Source: a virus (Duplodnaviria; Caudoviricetes). Taken from it: 64,000 nucleotides of DNA. Location: positions 32,001 to 96,000 of IMG/VR virus record IMGVR_UViG_3300028591_000124; one strand, written 5' to 3'. Below are positions 19,380 to 30,313 of this stretch, in pieces (the first letter of the stretch is position 1; every line of letters begins with the position of its first letter). The position numbers and the translations under genes are program-made. Under the pieces are notes generated by a model. The model worked only from the letters and a program-made list of their open reading frames with translations. It had not been told where the DNA came from and did not search any database.

Positions 19380-20972
19380 ATGAGAAAACTGACACCTTGT
19401 AAGGGAAAGATCAATTTTGAGCCATCATACAAACAATTTCTTGTATGGGAGATGCTTGAACCGAAACGTTGTGATAAATGTGGCGGTGAAATCGAGATGC
19501 GTCCAGTTGGTTTTGACAATAACGGAAATGTCATTAAGAAACCGTTCTGTAAGAAATGTGGAACTTCTGATATTCCGCGATTGGTTCTGTATGGAGGCGC
19601 AGCGGGATCTGGAAAGTCATGGCTTGGTTGTGCCTGGGGTGTTAGCACATGCCTCAGGTTTCCAGGTGCCAGGTTTGCTCTTTGCCGTAAAATCCTTAAG
19701 GTATTGAGAGGTACGACGTTTGTGACACTCCAGGGTGTGTTGAAAATGTTCGGCCTAAAAGAAGGTGTCAATTACCACGTTGATTACGTAAACCTCATTG
19801 TCACATTCTGGAATGGCTCTAAGATTATTTGTCTTGGACTGGAAGACAAGCCAAGTGATCCTGAATTCTCTTGGTTGGGTTCTTACGAAATCACAGCTGG
19901 ATACATTGATGAGGCATCTGAGGTTTCAGAAAAGGCTGTCGAGGTACTTCTTTCTCGTTGCCGTTGGATGATTGCTGAGACATTCCTGGTTCCAAAGGTT
20001 CTGATGGGTACGAACCCAGCTATATGTTGGTTGAGAGAGAAATTCGTTCAAGATGAAAACGGAAAGCCACTGGAAGCCCTGCCAGAAGGTTACAGGTTTG
20101 TGCCTGCTACAGTATTCGACAACAAGGATCCAGATTTCGTCGCAGTGTATGTCAACAACCTTCTCAATATTAAGGATGCATATACACGAAACCGTCTTTT
20201 ACATGGCTTGTGGGACAATCCTTCTGGCAATGCCAATGCAGCATATCACTCATTCAATTCTATCGTACATACAAAGACAGGATTACGTGAAAGAGTGTAC
20301 AATAAGCTGCGTCCACTCATATTGAGCTTTGACTTCAATGTGGCACCTTATTCTACGTGTATTGTCTGTCAGATAGATTACGACCACAAAGTGTTCTATG
20401 TCCTGGAAGAAATACTTGGCAAAGTCAAGGAAAAGACAAACAACACCCCAGCACTGGCTAAATTGGTTTCAGAGACTTTGAGCGCAAGAGGGCATTTGGG
20501 TGGCGTTATTATTACTGGTGATCCGAGTGGGGCGAGTAGATCAACACAATCTGAGGATGGCGTTAATAATTTCACAATTATTCAAAAATTCATGAATGAT
20601 GATATTCTAAGGCCAAGGTTACAACTTCTGAATAAACAGCCGGCACACATCACCAGATTGGATTTTATCAACCAGTTATTCGAAGGGTATGACGGCTGGA
20701 GCATCCAGATAGATTTCAGGTGCCACAAACTTACGGAGGACCTGTTGCGCCAAATGAAAAACGAGGATGGAACCAAATGCAAGCATGTCGGACTCAGCCC
20801 TGACGGTATCAAATGCGAACTACTTGGCCACTGTAGCGATGCCTTTGATTATGCTGTTGTTACATTCCTTGGAAAGATGTACTCCAAGTTCAAGGCACAT
20901 GTATCATCACCAATTGTCACGATTCCAGATTACATGAATGCCTATGGAGTTGCATCAGAATGGGATTACTGA
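19380..20972 (+). CDS. terL: terminase large subunit
   Basis: GGAAGSGKS Walker A, YIDEA Walker B, GTNP, SFDFN, GDPSG and HCSDAFDY nuclease motifs. Confidence 0.93.
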   Translation: MRKLTPCKGKINFEPSYKQFLVWEMLEPKRCDKCGGEIEMRPVGFDNNGNVIKKPFCKKCGTSDIPRLVLYGGAAGSGKSWLGCAWGVSTCLRFPGARFALCRKILKVLRGTTFVTLQGVLKMFGLKEGVNYHVDYVNLIVTFWNGSKIICLGLEDKPSDPEFSWLGSYEITAGYIDEASEVSEKAVEVLLSRCRWMIAETFLVPKVLMGTNPAICWLREKFVQDENGKPLEALPEGYRFVPATVFDNKDPDFVAVYVNNLLNIKDAYTRNRLLHGLWDNPSGNANAAYHSFNSIVHTKTGLRERVYNKLRPLILSFDFNVAPYSTCIVCQIDYDHKVFYVLEEILGKVKEKTNNTPALAKLVSETLSARGHLGGVIITGDPSGASRSTQSEDGVNNFTIIQKFMNDDILRPRLQLLNKQPAHITRLDFINQLFEGYDGWSIQIDFRCHKLTEDLLRQMKNEDGTKCKHVGLSPDGIKCELLGHCSDAFDYAVVTFLGKMYSKFKAHVSSPIVTIPDYMNAYGVASEWDY

Positions 20973-20997
20973 AGCTATTTAAAATAAAGAATGAATT

Positions 20998-22059
20998 ATG
21001 GCATACAGACGATTTCTTAATGATACCGATTACCTCTCCACAATGACGGAGCAAGGTATGGCTCAACTGATCCGTGACCGTCATAATCGCGTGATTCAGG
21101 CAGAGCAAAGCGCGGAGCTGTCTATCATAGAGTATTTGAAGCAGCACTATATGATAGAAGAAGAGCTTCTGATAGGTAAAAAGATTGCCGAATATAACAA
21201 CCAGATTACCTATCCACCAGATGTCTATTTTTTGTATCCAGATGCTGAAGATGACAACAGACTCCATGTGTTCAGGACTCTTACAAGCATAAACGCCATC
21301 AAACGTCCTACAGATAAATTGTATTGGCGTGAAATGGATAGCTTTGAGGATATTGGCAATCTGGAAGAAATACCGATGTATTCCCAGATGGTTACCTGGA
21401 AGCCAGGTATGAAAGTCAAGTACAATAATTCTGTATGGTTGTGTGTCGCCGGTAATGGTATTGAATTTAAGAATATCCAAATACCAGGCGTGATTGCTTG
21501 GAAGAGGATTGAGACTTATGAGTGGCAACCGAACCTCTCATATAATTTCTATGATGTTGTTCGTTTTGAGGGTGAGTTTTTCATGCTTCTGGATACGGCT
21601 AATCTGGAAACCCTTGACAAGACCCAGAATCCAGTGATTTCTGAAGCATGGGGGCAGATAGGTGACTACACTGAGGAATACAACTATGATGTCAATGAAC
21701 ATGAGTATGTCGTATTCAAAGATGAGGTTTATTATCCGATCATGCCTGTAAATGCTGAGGAACCAGTCCCAAATGAGAACATCATACTGGATGATCCAAG
21801 AAACCTCAATCTTGTCAAGCACATGACGCGCCTTGCTGTTTATGAGTTGCACAAATTGATTTCTCCTACCAATATTTCAAATGTGCGCATCAATGATTAC
21901 AATGATTCTATATTGTGGTTGAGGGATGCCCAGAAATTTAAACTCGATCCCCAGATTCCACGTAGGATTGACGAAAAGGAGAATTACCCATATACAGGTA
22001 GTGTTGTGGTTGATTTTGCGCGTGAGCTGGATCCTTGGAAGATGACGTGGTTTGTATAA
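20998..22059 (+). CDS. putative head-tail adaptor (DUF1320/Mu gp36-like) with inserted carbohydrate-binding-like repeats
   Basis: N-terminal FLNDTDY and C-terminal LAVYELH...RINDYNDSILWL flank aromatic-rich repeats. Confidence 0.55.
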   Translation: MAYRRFLNDTDYLSTMTEQGMAQLIRDRHNRVIQAEQSAELSIIEYLKQHYMIEEELLIGKKIAEYNNQITYPPDVYFLYPDAEDDNRLHVFRTLTSINAIKRPTDKLYWREMDSFEDIGNLEEIPMYSQMVTWKPGMKVKYNNSVWLCVAGNGIEFKNIQIPGVIAWKRIETYEWQPNLSYNFYDVVRFEGEFFMLLDTANLETLDKTQNPVISEAWGQIGDYTEEYNYDVNEHEYVVFKDEVYYPIMPVNAEEPVPNENIILDDPRNLNLVKHMTRLAVYELHKLISPTNISNVRINDYNDSILWLRDAQKFKLDPQIPRRIDEKENYPYTGSVVVDFARELDPWKMTWFV

Positions 22060-22150
22060 TATATAATAATGTACGTGCGCGAAAGGATGTTTTCTTGTTT
22101 CTCATAATTGATTGATTAATAAATAAATTGAAGTGTTTTCTTACTCTCTT

Positions 22151-22180
22151 AAGGCCCCATCCGTGAGGACAGGGCCTTTA
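22151..22180. terminator. terminator between convergent transcription units
   Basis: AAGGCCC...GGGCCTT stem capped by TCC-GTGA-GGA. Confidence 0.7.
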
Positions 22181-22186
22181 AGTTTG

Positions 22187-23464
22187 TCAGAAGTCAGTTG
22201 CGCTTAATACCATGTCTCTGGAAGTCACGTCTCCTTGGTTGTTGTAATAGATAGCCTCGCAGTTCTTCACTGATGTGCCTGCCAGATTTGCTACATATAT
22301 TATCGGTATTCCTTTGCTGATATAGTGCGTGATCCCAGTATGTCTGAATACATAATTGTGAAGAGGGAAATTGACACCAATAATAGGCCCAACTTTTTTT
22401 AGCCATACATTGACTCTCTGGACGAATTTGTTAATGTCCTGGTTATTGTCTTTATAGTGCGCGACTCTCGCATTAGTACGAACAGGAAATATGTATCCAT
22501 CCTTGGATTTTTTCTTCCACCTTTTCATTATATCTCTCATTCGTGGATTAATTGGTACAGAACAATCCGTAGACTGCTTTCCAGCTATCTTTCTTCTTTT
22601 AAATACAAAATGATCAACACCATTAAGAGTCTGGATGTCATCATACTTTAGGCATAGCGCATCACATGGAGACTGACATGTATATAGTATGAAGGTACAA
22701 AAATCGTGGTACAGTTGCGATTTCCAGGCCATCTGAGGAGATTTTGGATGTACTGGTAGCTGATTCTTCGTCATGTTAATAAAGGCATTACATTGGGCTT
22801 TTGTCAACGTCTCGTATTTATGGACCGATTCTTTGTTTTTCTTGGCCCAACGCACACCCTTCAGACTATTAATATCAAAATACCCCATTTTGTCACCCCA
22901 GTTTAATGTGGCATGAAGAGACTGGGAAACGTAGTATTTGCACCCTTCACCTCGTTCTGATTCCAGATAATCCAGAATATCATTGACAAGATCAACTGTT
23001 ATATCGGACAATTGTATATCATTATAGTTCTGGTGATTGGACCTAAAATATTCTTTGATTCGCTTTTCTGCTTTCTCATAAGCACCATAAGTACCTTTCA
23101 TACTGCCATCTTTGTGTTTCTCCATCTTCTTTTCGACTATCATACGAGAAATAAGCCAGTGAAGGCTGGAGTGGTCTTCTTCTTTTTCCTGTGTTTTGAC
23201 AGCAAGCAGGAGCCCTGACAGAGAACCTTCCCAGTTCTTTGCCAATTCATCGTAGGGCCTTCTGAAGTCTTCCAGGATCTTGTTGTTTTCCTCAGCGAGT
23301 GGGGCAGACTTAGTGAAACACTGGCGTTTCTGGTTCCATTGGCGTTTCTTGAAAGTGCCACGTAGAAGCCTTGTTACGCTTACATACCTGACTTCACCAT
23401 TTTTGTAAAGTCTTAATCTCAAACCGAATGTTGAGCCGAATGACTGATAATTTACAGTTACCAT
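22187..23464 (-). CDS. int: tyrosine recombinase/integrase (Bacteroidota IntDOT-like)
   Basis: Arm-binding N-terminus, SAM-like middle, catalytic domain LYTCQS, KRRK, YVFRHT, LAGTS, AIYY. Confidence 0.9.
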   Translation of the reverse strand: MVTVNYQSFGSTFGLRLRLYKNGEVRYVSVTRLLRGTFKKRQWNQKRQCFTKSAPLAEENNKILEDFRRPYDELAKNWEGSLSGLLLAVKTQEKEEDHSSLHWLISRMIVEKKMEKHKDGSMKGTYGAYEKAEKRIKEYFRSNHQNYNDIQLSDITVDLVNDILDYLESERGEGCKYYVSQSLHATLNWGDKMGYFDINSLKGVRWAKKNKESVHKYETLTKAQCNAFINMTKNQLPVHPKSPQMAWKSQLYHDFCTFILYTCQSPCDALCLKYDDIQTLNGVDHFVFKRRKIAGKQSTDCSVPINPRMRDIMKRWKKKSKDGYIFPVRTNARVAHYKDNNQDINKFVQRVNVWLKKVGPIIGVNFPLHNYVFRHTGITHYISKGIPIIYVANLAGTSVKNCEAIYYNNQGDVTSRDMVLSATDF

Positions 23465-23529
23465 AACTACAGAATTTTGCTGTTAATCAACTACTTACGC
23501 ACATTTTTAGCACTCGATTTTTAGTCATT

Positions 23530-23837
23530 TGTGCATCAAATGTGCATTTTTCGTCGATTTCGCGCTGGAATTATGCCAAACTCTGTAGTTTTTGCAGCTA
23601 ATTTTTCAGAGACTGCCTTTGCGCGTAAGTGGCTGTTTTTCAGTGAATTGTGGGTACTTTTTCAGGTGATTTTTGTCATCTAAAATTTCCCCAAAGAGCG
23701 GAAGGTGAGGGATTCGAACCCCCGGAACGCTGTAAAAACGTTCACCTGATTTCGAGTCAGGCACATTCGACCACTCTGTCAACTCTCCAAACAGCCCTTT
23801 TCGAGTGTTAAAATGCACAAATCATGCACATGTGCAT
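23530..23837. repeat. inverted pairs of TGTGCAT heptamers flanking tRNA-Ser; candidate attP arm sites
   Basis: TGTGCAT at 23530 and 23541; ATGCACA at 23813 and 23824; TGTGCAT at 23831. Confidence 0.55.
23699..23788 (-). tRNA. tRNA-Ser(CGA)
   Basis: Cloverleaf with CCTGA-CTCGAAA-TCAGG anticodon arm, long variable arm, GTTCGAATC T-loop, G discriminator, no encoded CCA. Confidence 0.93.
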
Positions 23838-23861
23838 CCAATCGGGGGTGCTTTTGCGCCG

Positions 23862-23893
23862 CAAAGGTATTCATATTTTTTGATTTTTCCAAA
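23862..23893 (-). promoter_or_regulatory. Bacteroidota promoter TTTG-N20-TACCTTTG for tRNA-Ser/integrase
   Basis: Both -33 and -7 elements present with 20 nt spacing. Confidence 0.8.
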
Positions 23894-23989
23894 CCCTTTA
23901 TATATAATAATTCTTAAAAGGTTTCAAAAAATTATCTTGCAGCTACTTTTTCATGTAAAAATACCATATATAAATAATGTACGCGAATC

Positions 23990-24030
23990 AAATAAAAACC
24001 TCTCCAGATTTACACGCTTACTGGAGAGGT
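23990..24030 (-). terminator. intrinsic terminator after tRNA-Arg
   Basis: ACCTCTCCAG...CTGGAGAGGT stem, T-tract on minus strand. Confidence 0.75.
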
Positions 24031-24098
24031 CGGTCTTGAAGTACAGTAAAAATGGCTGGTAGCTTCACCAGCTTGGTTGCGAACGGACTGCTACTGCG

Positions 24099-24175
24099 TG
24101 GTGATCCAGAGGAGTCTCGAACTCCTGACCTACCGCTTAGGAGGCGGTTGCTCTATCCAACTGAGCTACTGGACC
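24099..24175 (-). tRNA. tRNA-Arg(CCT)
   Basis: GGTCCAG acceptor, ACCGC-CTCCTAA-GCGGT anticodon arm, GTTCGAG T-loop, encoded CCA. Confidence 0.95.
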
Positions 24176-24388
24176 GAAAAAGACCTGGGAACTTTACAGT
24201 CACCAGGCCCATGAGCTAAAGTAAGAATTTACCTTCAATTTCACATTATTAAATAGATAGAGTATTCCGTTATTCGGTTACAATATCTGGAGAAGGCTCA
24301 GTGATGTCTCTCCTATCAAAATGAATTTCCGGAACCTCTAAATAGTCTCTGACCCGAAGAGAGTCAAGTTCTTCTTTGCTTACCTTTT

Positions 24389-24577
24389 TCATGTCATTTC
24401 TATTAGGTCCACAAAAAGATTGCAGTTGTCATGAGGCTGAAAGTATGGTACACTTGGATGCTTGTGTTTTGGAGCCTCCTTAGTGAGCCATGCCCGATAA
24501 CACTTATCGCGCTTCGGGCACGTCTCGTTAGTACAGTGGCACACATCAGCTATATAGACAGGCTTGATTTCAGACAT
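24389..24577 (-). CDS. small Cys-rich hypothetical protein
   Basis: CHC...CPKRDKCYR motif; overlaps ACP stop. Confidence 0.6.
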   Translation of the reverse strand: MSEIKPVYIADVCHCTNETCPKRDKCYRAWLTKEAPKHKHPSVPYFQPHDNCNLFVDLIEMT

Positions 24578-24809
24578 GACGTTCTACCAGGTCTACGATG
24601 TCCTTGACGGTCTCAACGTTCTCAGCGTCTTCATCTGGAATGCGAATAGGAAACTCATGTTCAAGTTCCATAATGATTTCGACACAATCAAGAGAATCTG
24701 CCCCAAAATCAGATTCGAGGTTCGACTCCATCTTTACACTTTCCTGATCAATGCCAAGTTTGTCAACCAGGATCTCAGTCACTTTTGATACAATTTCATT
24801 TCTTTCCAT
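24570..24809 (-). CDS. acpP: acyl carrier protein
   Basis: GADSLD phosphopantetheine site, 79 aa, acidic, IPDEDAE and TVKD motifs. Confidence 0.95.
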   Translation of the reverse strand: MERNEIVSKVTEILVDKLGIDQESVKMESNLESDFGADSLDCVEIIMELEHEFPIRIPDEDAENVETVKDIVDLVERHV

Positions 24810-25122
24810 AATGTTTAAATTTTAATGATACGAATAGAGTTTTTGTCTTTACCGCGATTGTAGTTCTTTTGGAACTGTTCGGCATCTACACTGGATTGAG
24901 CGCGATACACCTCAATCCAATTGCCCCAAGGATCTTTCTTTTGAACTGCATACATAATTTATAGGGTTTAAAGTTTCATTTCTTTGATAACTGTCACAAC
25001 ATGCTCCTGAAGGCACCCAGCTCTCATTGCCTCATGACGAATGAATCTGTTGATGTCTTTCTCGATCTCCTCTCGATTTATGTGTGGAGGAAGGATTACT
25101 GGCGGTTCTACGTGTCCCATAA

Positions 25123-28100
25123 TTATTGTTCTTTGATTACGTTTAAATCGATATAAGTGTCACCGGCAAATATGGTATAGACAATCCTGTTGTTTGGTTT
25201 ACTCTTATCGTCCTTGACACATTTTCGATGTTGGTTGTCGGCAACTTCAGCAAGCCTGTCGGCCAACTCATCAGAAGTAGTGTGTTCCTCTACCCAGGGC
25301 ATAGCCATAAGATCTAAATCATGAACTACAGAACCATGTATGCCAAGTGCCCAGCCACATTCAGCTGCCACTTTACGCAATTCTGGGAATCTGAATACCC
25401 AAAAGATTGCATTATTGTCTTTTAGTTTTTCCAAATTGAACATATATCAAACGATTAATTTATCAGACCCATCAGCAAATCTGTGTGACGGAAACTTTCC
25501 TTCCAGAATCCATTCTTGCACAATATCCATCAGTCTTCCAGTGATGAATCTGACACATTCCAAAATATATTCTGTAGCACAGTTTCCATTGTTGTCACGA
25601 TGAACAAAATTTATGATTCTCTCACACGAATACGCCATTTTATAAAAACGTCCATCGTGTAGCAATGTGATGTATATCATTGGATAAGGTTCTTTTGTTT
25701 TGGAACCTACCAAGACTTCATAGAATCCACCGGCACATTCATTTTGACCAATAGTGAAAATGATGTTTTTGATTGCAGCAAATCGATAATTCTTCTGTAA
25801 ATTCCTTATGTAATCACATCGTATTTCGGAACCATTAATGCCACATATACCAATACAATTTTCTGGTGCATGGTCTGTCGCAATGAAGAATCCACGTTTT
25901 GACAATTCATCATTCAGTGACTTATAAAAATACCTTTCGATCATAAGCTTTCCAGTATGTTTATCAGGTTTTGCACTGACGGAGCAACAACAGTCGTACC
26001 AGAGAAATTAAGATACGGAAGAGCCTGCGGGAACTGTTCCTTGACACGATTTTCGTATGCCAGTTCAGTTAAAACTGTCACGCAATCATTGTAAAAGCTT
26101 GATGCTTTGCTTTCCAGCTCCCTCTTTTCACGCTGTATCTTTGTCAATTTCACATACTCCTTTGGATCAATGTTAATACAACGATAGAATGGATATGGGA
26201 TATTGCCAACGTAGATTTCAACATAGGATCCGCTACCGCCACCATCTGCATGAAAACTGATTCTATCACACTTTTGATAACAATCCCTGTGATTGTTGAA
26301 AGCATCACGTACCTCAGCAGGAATATATTTTTCAATAAGTTCATCTACATAAGAGAGAATGCTTTCTTGGATCTTCTTAATTTTTGGTTCAAACTTGTCT
26401 TGCTTCATTTCTCTGGCCGCTTTCTTGGCCATTTCCTTTGTAATTCTTTGGTTTGCCATAACTATTTGAGATTAAATTTATTTTTTGTCTATATGGTGCT
26501 CACAAGCAACATCCATCGGTTTGATGTATGCATTTGCCTGATAACCGCCACTCTTACTACGTTCTATCTGCAACTTCCATTGACAATAATATTGTTTCTT
26601 GTCGCCACGTATGCCTTTCCAGAAGAAATTGCAGAAGTCACAACTTTTACATCGCTTTGCTTTCATATTCTTTAATTGCTTCAAGTCCATGTTTGGTAAT
26701 TTTGTATCCAGTGCCATGATACCCAGGATTGCGAGATTCCCAGCGTACCAATTTTCTTTTCTGTAGTTTGCTGAGATAAGAACCGGCACATAACCAAGCC
26801 TTTTTTCCAGCACAAGCACCATTACCGCTATTGGCTATAGCAGTAAACAAATACTTTTTATCTGGGTCATCGCCCCAGAACTTCATAGCGAAATTATTTG
26901 CTGACATAACCATGCAATAGTTCTTGGTGACTTCCAGAACCTTCAGAGCCTTATATGTTTTTGTTGTAATCATTGCAATAATTTGATTTGTGAATTGATA
27001 ACGAATTGGAGCTTATCCGGATCTTTAATAAAATCTTTGATTTGCTCATTCATCTTGCAGATGGCGATAAGAATATCATGGAAGAATTTAGCATTTTGCT
27101 CTGTATAATCTATTTCACGTTTACCATTCATACTAAACGCACCCCATTTATTACCTTCTTTATAAGCGTCCAGAATATCAAATGCTTTTAGTCCAAAATG
27201 GTTAAGTCTCATTCCATATTCCCCAAGTTTCTTGGAATCATCATAATTTATTACCCAGTAGAATGTCTTTACTTTTCCACTCTTGAATTTTATTACTTGT
27301 TTATGATATACCTGAGCATAAACTCTAAATCCCCAACTTTCGCCTTCAGCTCTTTCAGTGCCTTCGTGCCAATTAGCACAACCATCTTTCAGTTCTTCAT
27401 CCTTAACATAATATCCATTAGGAACAGGTATTCCCTCAGACATGCAATATGAACAGAATGTTTTGATTTGGTACAAAATAACATTTCGATCCTCCAAAAT
27501 TTCCCCAGACACAGCTTCTTCAAGAATAGCTTCAAAATTCTTTTTCAATTCAGCGAGAGATGTGGCATAGAACGTTCCAGGCTTTCCAGTTCTTTTGTTA
27601 ATTGTTCCGCTCATATCAATGCCATAATCGAGTAGCATTTTTTGTTGTTCGTCATTCAGTGTGAAATAGAAATCACCATTTTTGGATACATTGATTTCCA
27701 CCTCAACACCAATTTGTTCGTTATAATCAACAGAACTCCGAACAGATATTTTATGTTTGCCTAATTTTGCCATTGTTGTTGATTTTTAAATTAAATTTTG
27801 TTTTTTGAGCACACTCAATAATTCTACGCAAGCATCAATCAGATACTCATGAATATTCGTTTCAATGCAAATTTCAGTAGTATATGTGCTCCGGTATCCC
27901 AACCAATACTGAGTGTCTGATTCCTTTGAGAATACAAATTCCGCTTCAGACTCATCATCAAAGACAACCATCTGCGGTAATTCATCCATAAGTGCCGTCA
28001 GAGACCAGGCTGGGATGTCTTGACCGTATAACCGGTCAAATTGCTCTTTAGCACTAATTTGCTCAGGCTCTTTACCAAGAAATCTTTGTACGAACGTATC

Positions 28101-28904
28101 TGAAACCTTAGCTATTTTTTCATACATCTTAATGGCTTCGCCTTCGAAGAAATGAGGTTTGAACGGCTTTAATTCCCATTCCAATGTTTTAGCCCTGGAA
28201 TGGGTATGATGCCAAGTCATATCGGCTGTATGAGGATTAATCCCAATTTTCATGAGCTGCTGAGATTGTTCGCGCGAGGTGCAAATTCTCTGTTCCATAT
28301 ATTACCGATTCAAATGTTTGTTGAACATAAGTAAATCCATAGATTCAATCTGGTATCCAGAATATAGAGTTGTGTCGGCCCACCCAATTTGTATTTTTAT
28401 TTTGTGGGCTTTGCAAATATCAGCGATGGCAAACTTCTGAGATTTAGTTGCTGCTCCATCACCAGCCAATACTTTCGTTGGGTCAAATTTTAAGTAATCC
28501 AATTTCTCCAGATCCCATTCCTCGTTGAACGATTCTTTGCCAATTCTCTTGCAAATTTCGATTGCAAGAACATGGTGGTCATTTTTGTTGTTATATGACT
28601 GATGACCAAATATCTCGCCATCCGGAGAAATCCACCCGCAAACCACATTTTCAGGTTTTGATGGCCTAATGATTCCATAGGGTTCGACTATTGTATTGTC
28701 ATCTTCCACATATACATCATTCATGCCTACCAGTTTCTTGTTGCCAAGAACAATTTCTGTAGCCAGATCAACCGGAAAATCAATAATTGCCTTAGTCAAG
28801 AAACCAACGCCTTGCGACAGATCATTGGTTTCTTTATATTTTTCACGGGCCAGATTTGTAATAAACTCGCCCTCAACAGAAAAACAAATTCCAGCCATAA
28901 TCAA
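25123..28904 (-). other. block of tightly packed hypothetical CDS (25123-25443, 25447-25944, 25941-26459, 26478-26666, 26647-26973, 26970-27773, 27786-28298, 28302-28904)
   Basis: Co-oriented abutting ORFs with A-rich starts; no motif I can assign. Confidence 0.75.
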
Positions 28905-29455
28905 TATGATTTGCCATGAAGCATGGCGCGGTTCTCATTGTACTTCATCTTAGTCTCGATATGCCATACCAAGTCTATATTAAGGAACTTGGCCCAGCAC
29001 TCAATAAACGAGAGAGTCATACCCAGCATTTTGTCATCTGGGATGTTGGGGAACGTAATCATGTTGCACAGAGAATAACCGGCATAGGTGAACGACTTGT
29101 CGCCAAAAATTCCAACCCATTCACTATAAATATCATCACTGATTGGATTAATCGGCATCAGATTGTATTCGCCTGCATAATCACACAAACGGATAAATGC
29201 ATCTGCCAGTTCCTCAGCAACGGACCCTTTTATATATTGTTCATATCGCTCATTGAAGTCTGGCCACACATTCGTGCGCTCTTCAAAATCCTCAATACCA
29301 TTGTAATGATTACCTTTACGGTCAGCTTCAACGGCCTCTGAGACTTCACACATCACCAGCATCAGCCAGTGTTCCTTGCAGCGTTTTTCTTGATGAAAAC
29401 CATGCTGTGAGGCAATTCTATACGCCTCGTCAATGTAATGCTTGATATTTTCCAT
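28901..29455 (-). CDS. MazG-like nucleotide pyrophosphohydrolase
   Basis: EVSEAVEADRK and EELAD motifs; C-terminal KMKYNENR. Confidence 0.8.
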   Translation of the reverse strand: MENIKHYIDEAYRIASQHGFHQEKRCKEHWLMLVMCEVSEAVEADRKGNHYNGIEDFEERTNVWPDFNERYEQYIKGSVAEELADAFIRLCDYAGEYNLMPINPISDDIYSEWVGIFGDKSFTYAGYSLCNMITFPNIPDDKMLGMTLSFIECWAKFLNIDLVWHIETKMKYNENRAMLHGKSY

Positions 29456-29456
29456 A

Positions 29457-30313
29457 TTAATCTGTTATTTCTTCAAATTCTTCTTCTGATACTTCTGATG
29501 ACATACGTTCTTTCAAACCACGCTTGAATTCCAGGAACATTGCTTCCGGAACCTCTTGGAAGTTTACGACGTGAAAATCAACGACATTGTTTTCCAGCAT
29601 AACGCTGTTTTCAATATCGATGATGGGGCAAAAATCACAATCCGAACCAACAATGCCGTTTTTGTGGACTATCTGGCCGTCTTGTGTACCCATTCCAAAA
29701 TAAAACCAGTATTTTTTCATTTTAGGTGTTCTTTGATATTCTCTTTAAATATTTTCTCTGCCTTATTGCAAAGCATCTTATACATGTTGTCACAGTGATC
29801 GCCCCACGCATTCAAATTCATAACATCCTCAGATTCCTGTAGGAACTTCAGCTTCTCTTTGGCTTTCTTGTTTGCCTCTTTCAGATCATCGAAAATCTCA
29901 ACAGAAAGCGTGGCATCAAATTTCTTTATTGCGTCATTCATATCCAAAACACAACTCTCCAGGAGATCAGCTGTCATGAAAGCTGCAATATACAAAATAT
30001 TCATTTTGTTTTTCAGCTCAATCGGGAGGTTCAACTGGTTTACATTGATTTTCTTTGCCTCTTCCTGAGCGTCCTTGATATATATTTCAAAAGCCCTTTG
30101 ATAGAGATTGTTCAGTTTCTCTTTCATTTGCATCGCCTGGACGAACTGACGTTTGGCTATGTATTCGTCATACTTCCTTTGAAGCTTCTGGATGTCACGG
30201 TCTTTGCCGACAACCTCATAAAACCTTTTCTCCAAATCTGGAGTTGAGAACTGTATGTTGTATTGATTTGCTAAATTCATTTTCTTCCAAAATCTGCTGC
30301 TATTTCTCCCCAA
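29457..30313 (-). other. two hypothetical CDS (29457-29720, 29717-about 30282)
   Basis: Abutting co-oriented ORFs. Confidence 0.7.

Noticed and set aside
22058-22084. TATATAATAATGTACG(T/C)GCG-like motif, with variants near 290, 23965 and 60104
   Set aside because: Low complexity with inconsistent position and orientation; I cannot support a function.
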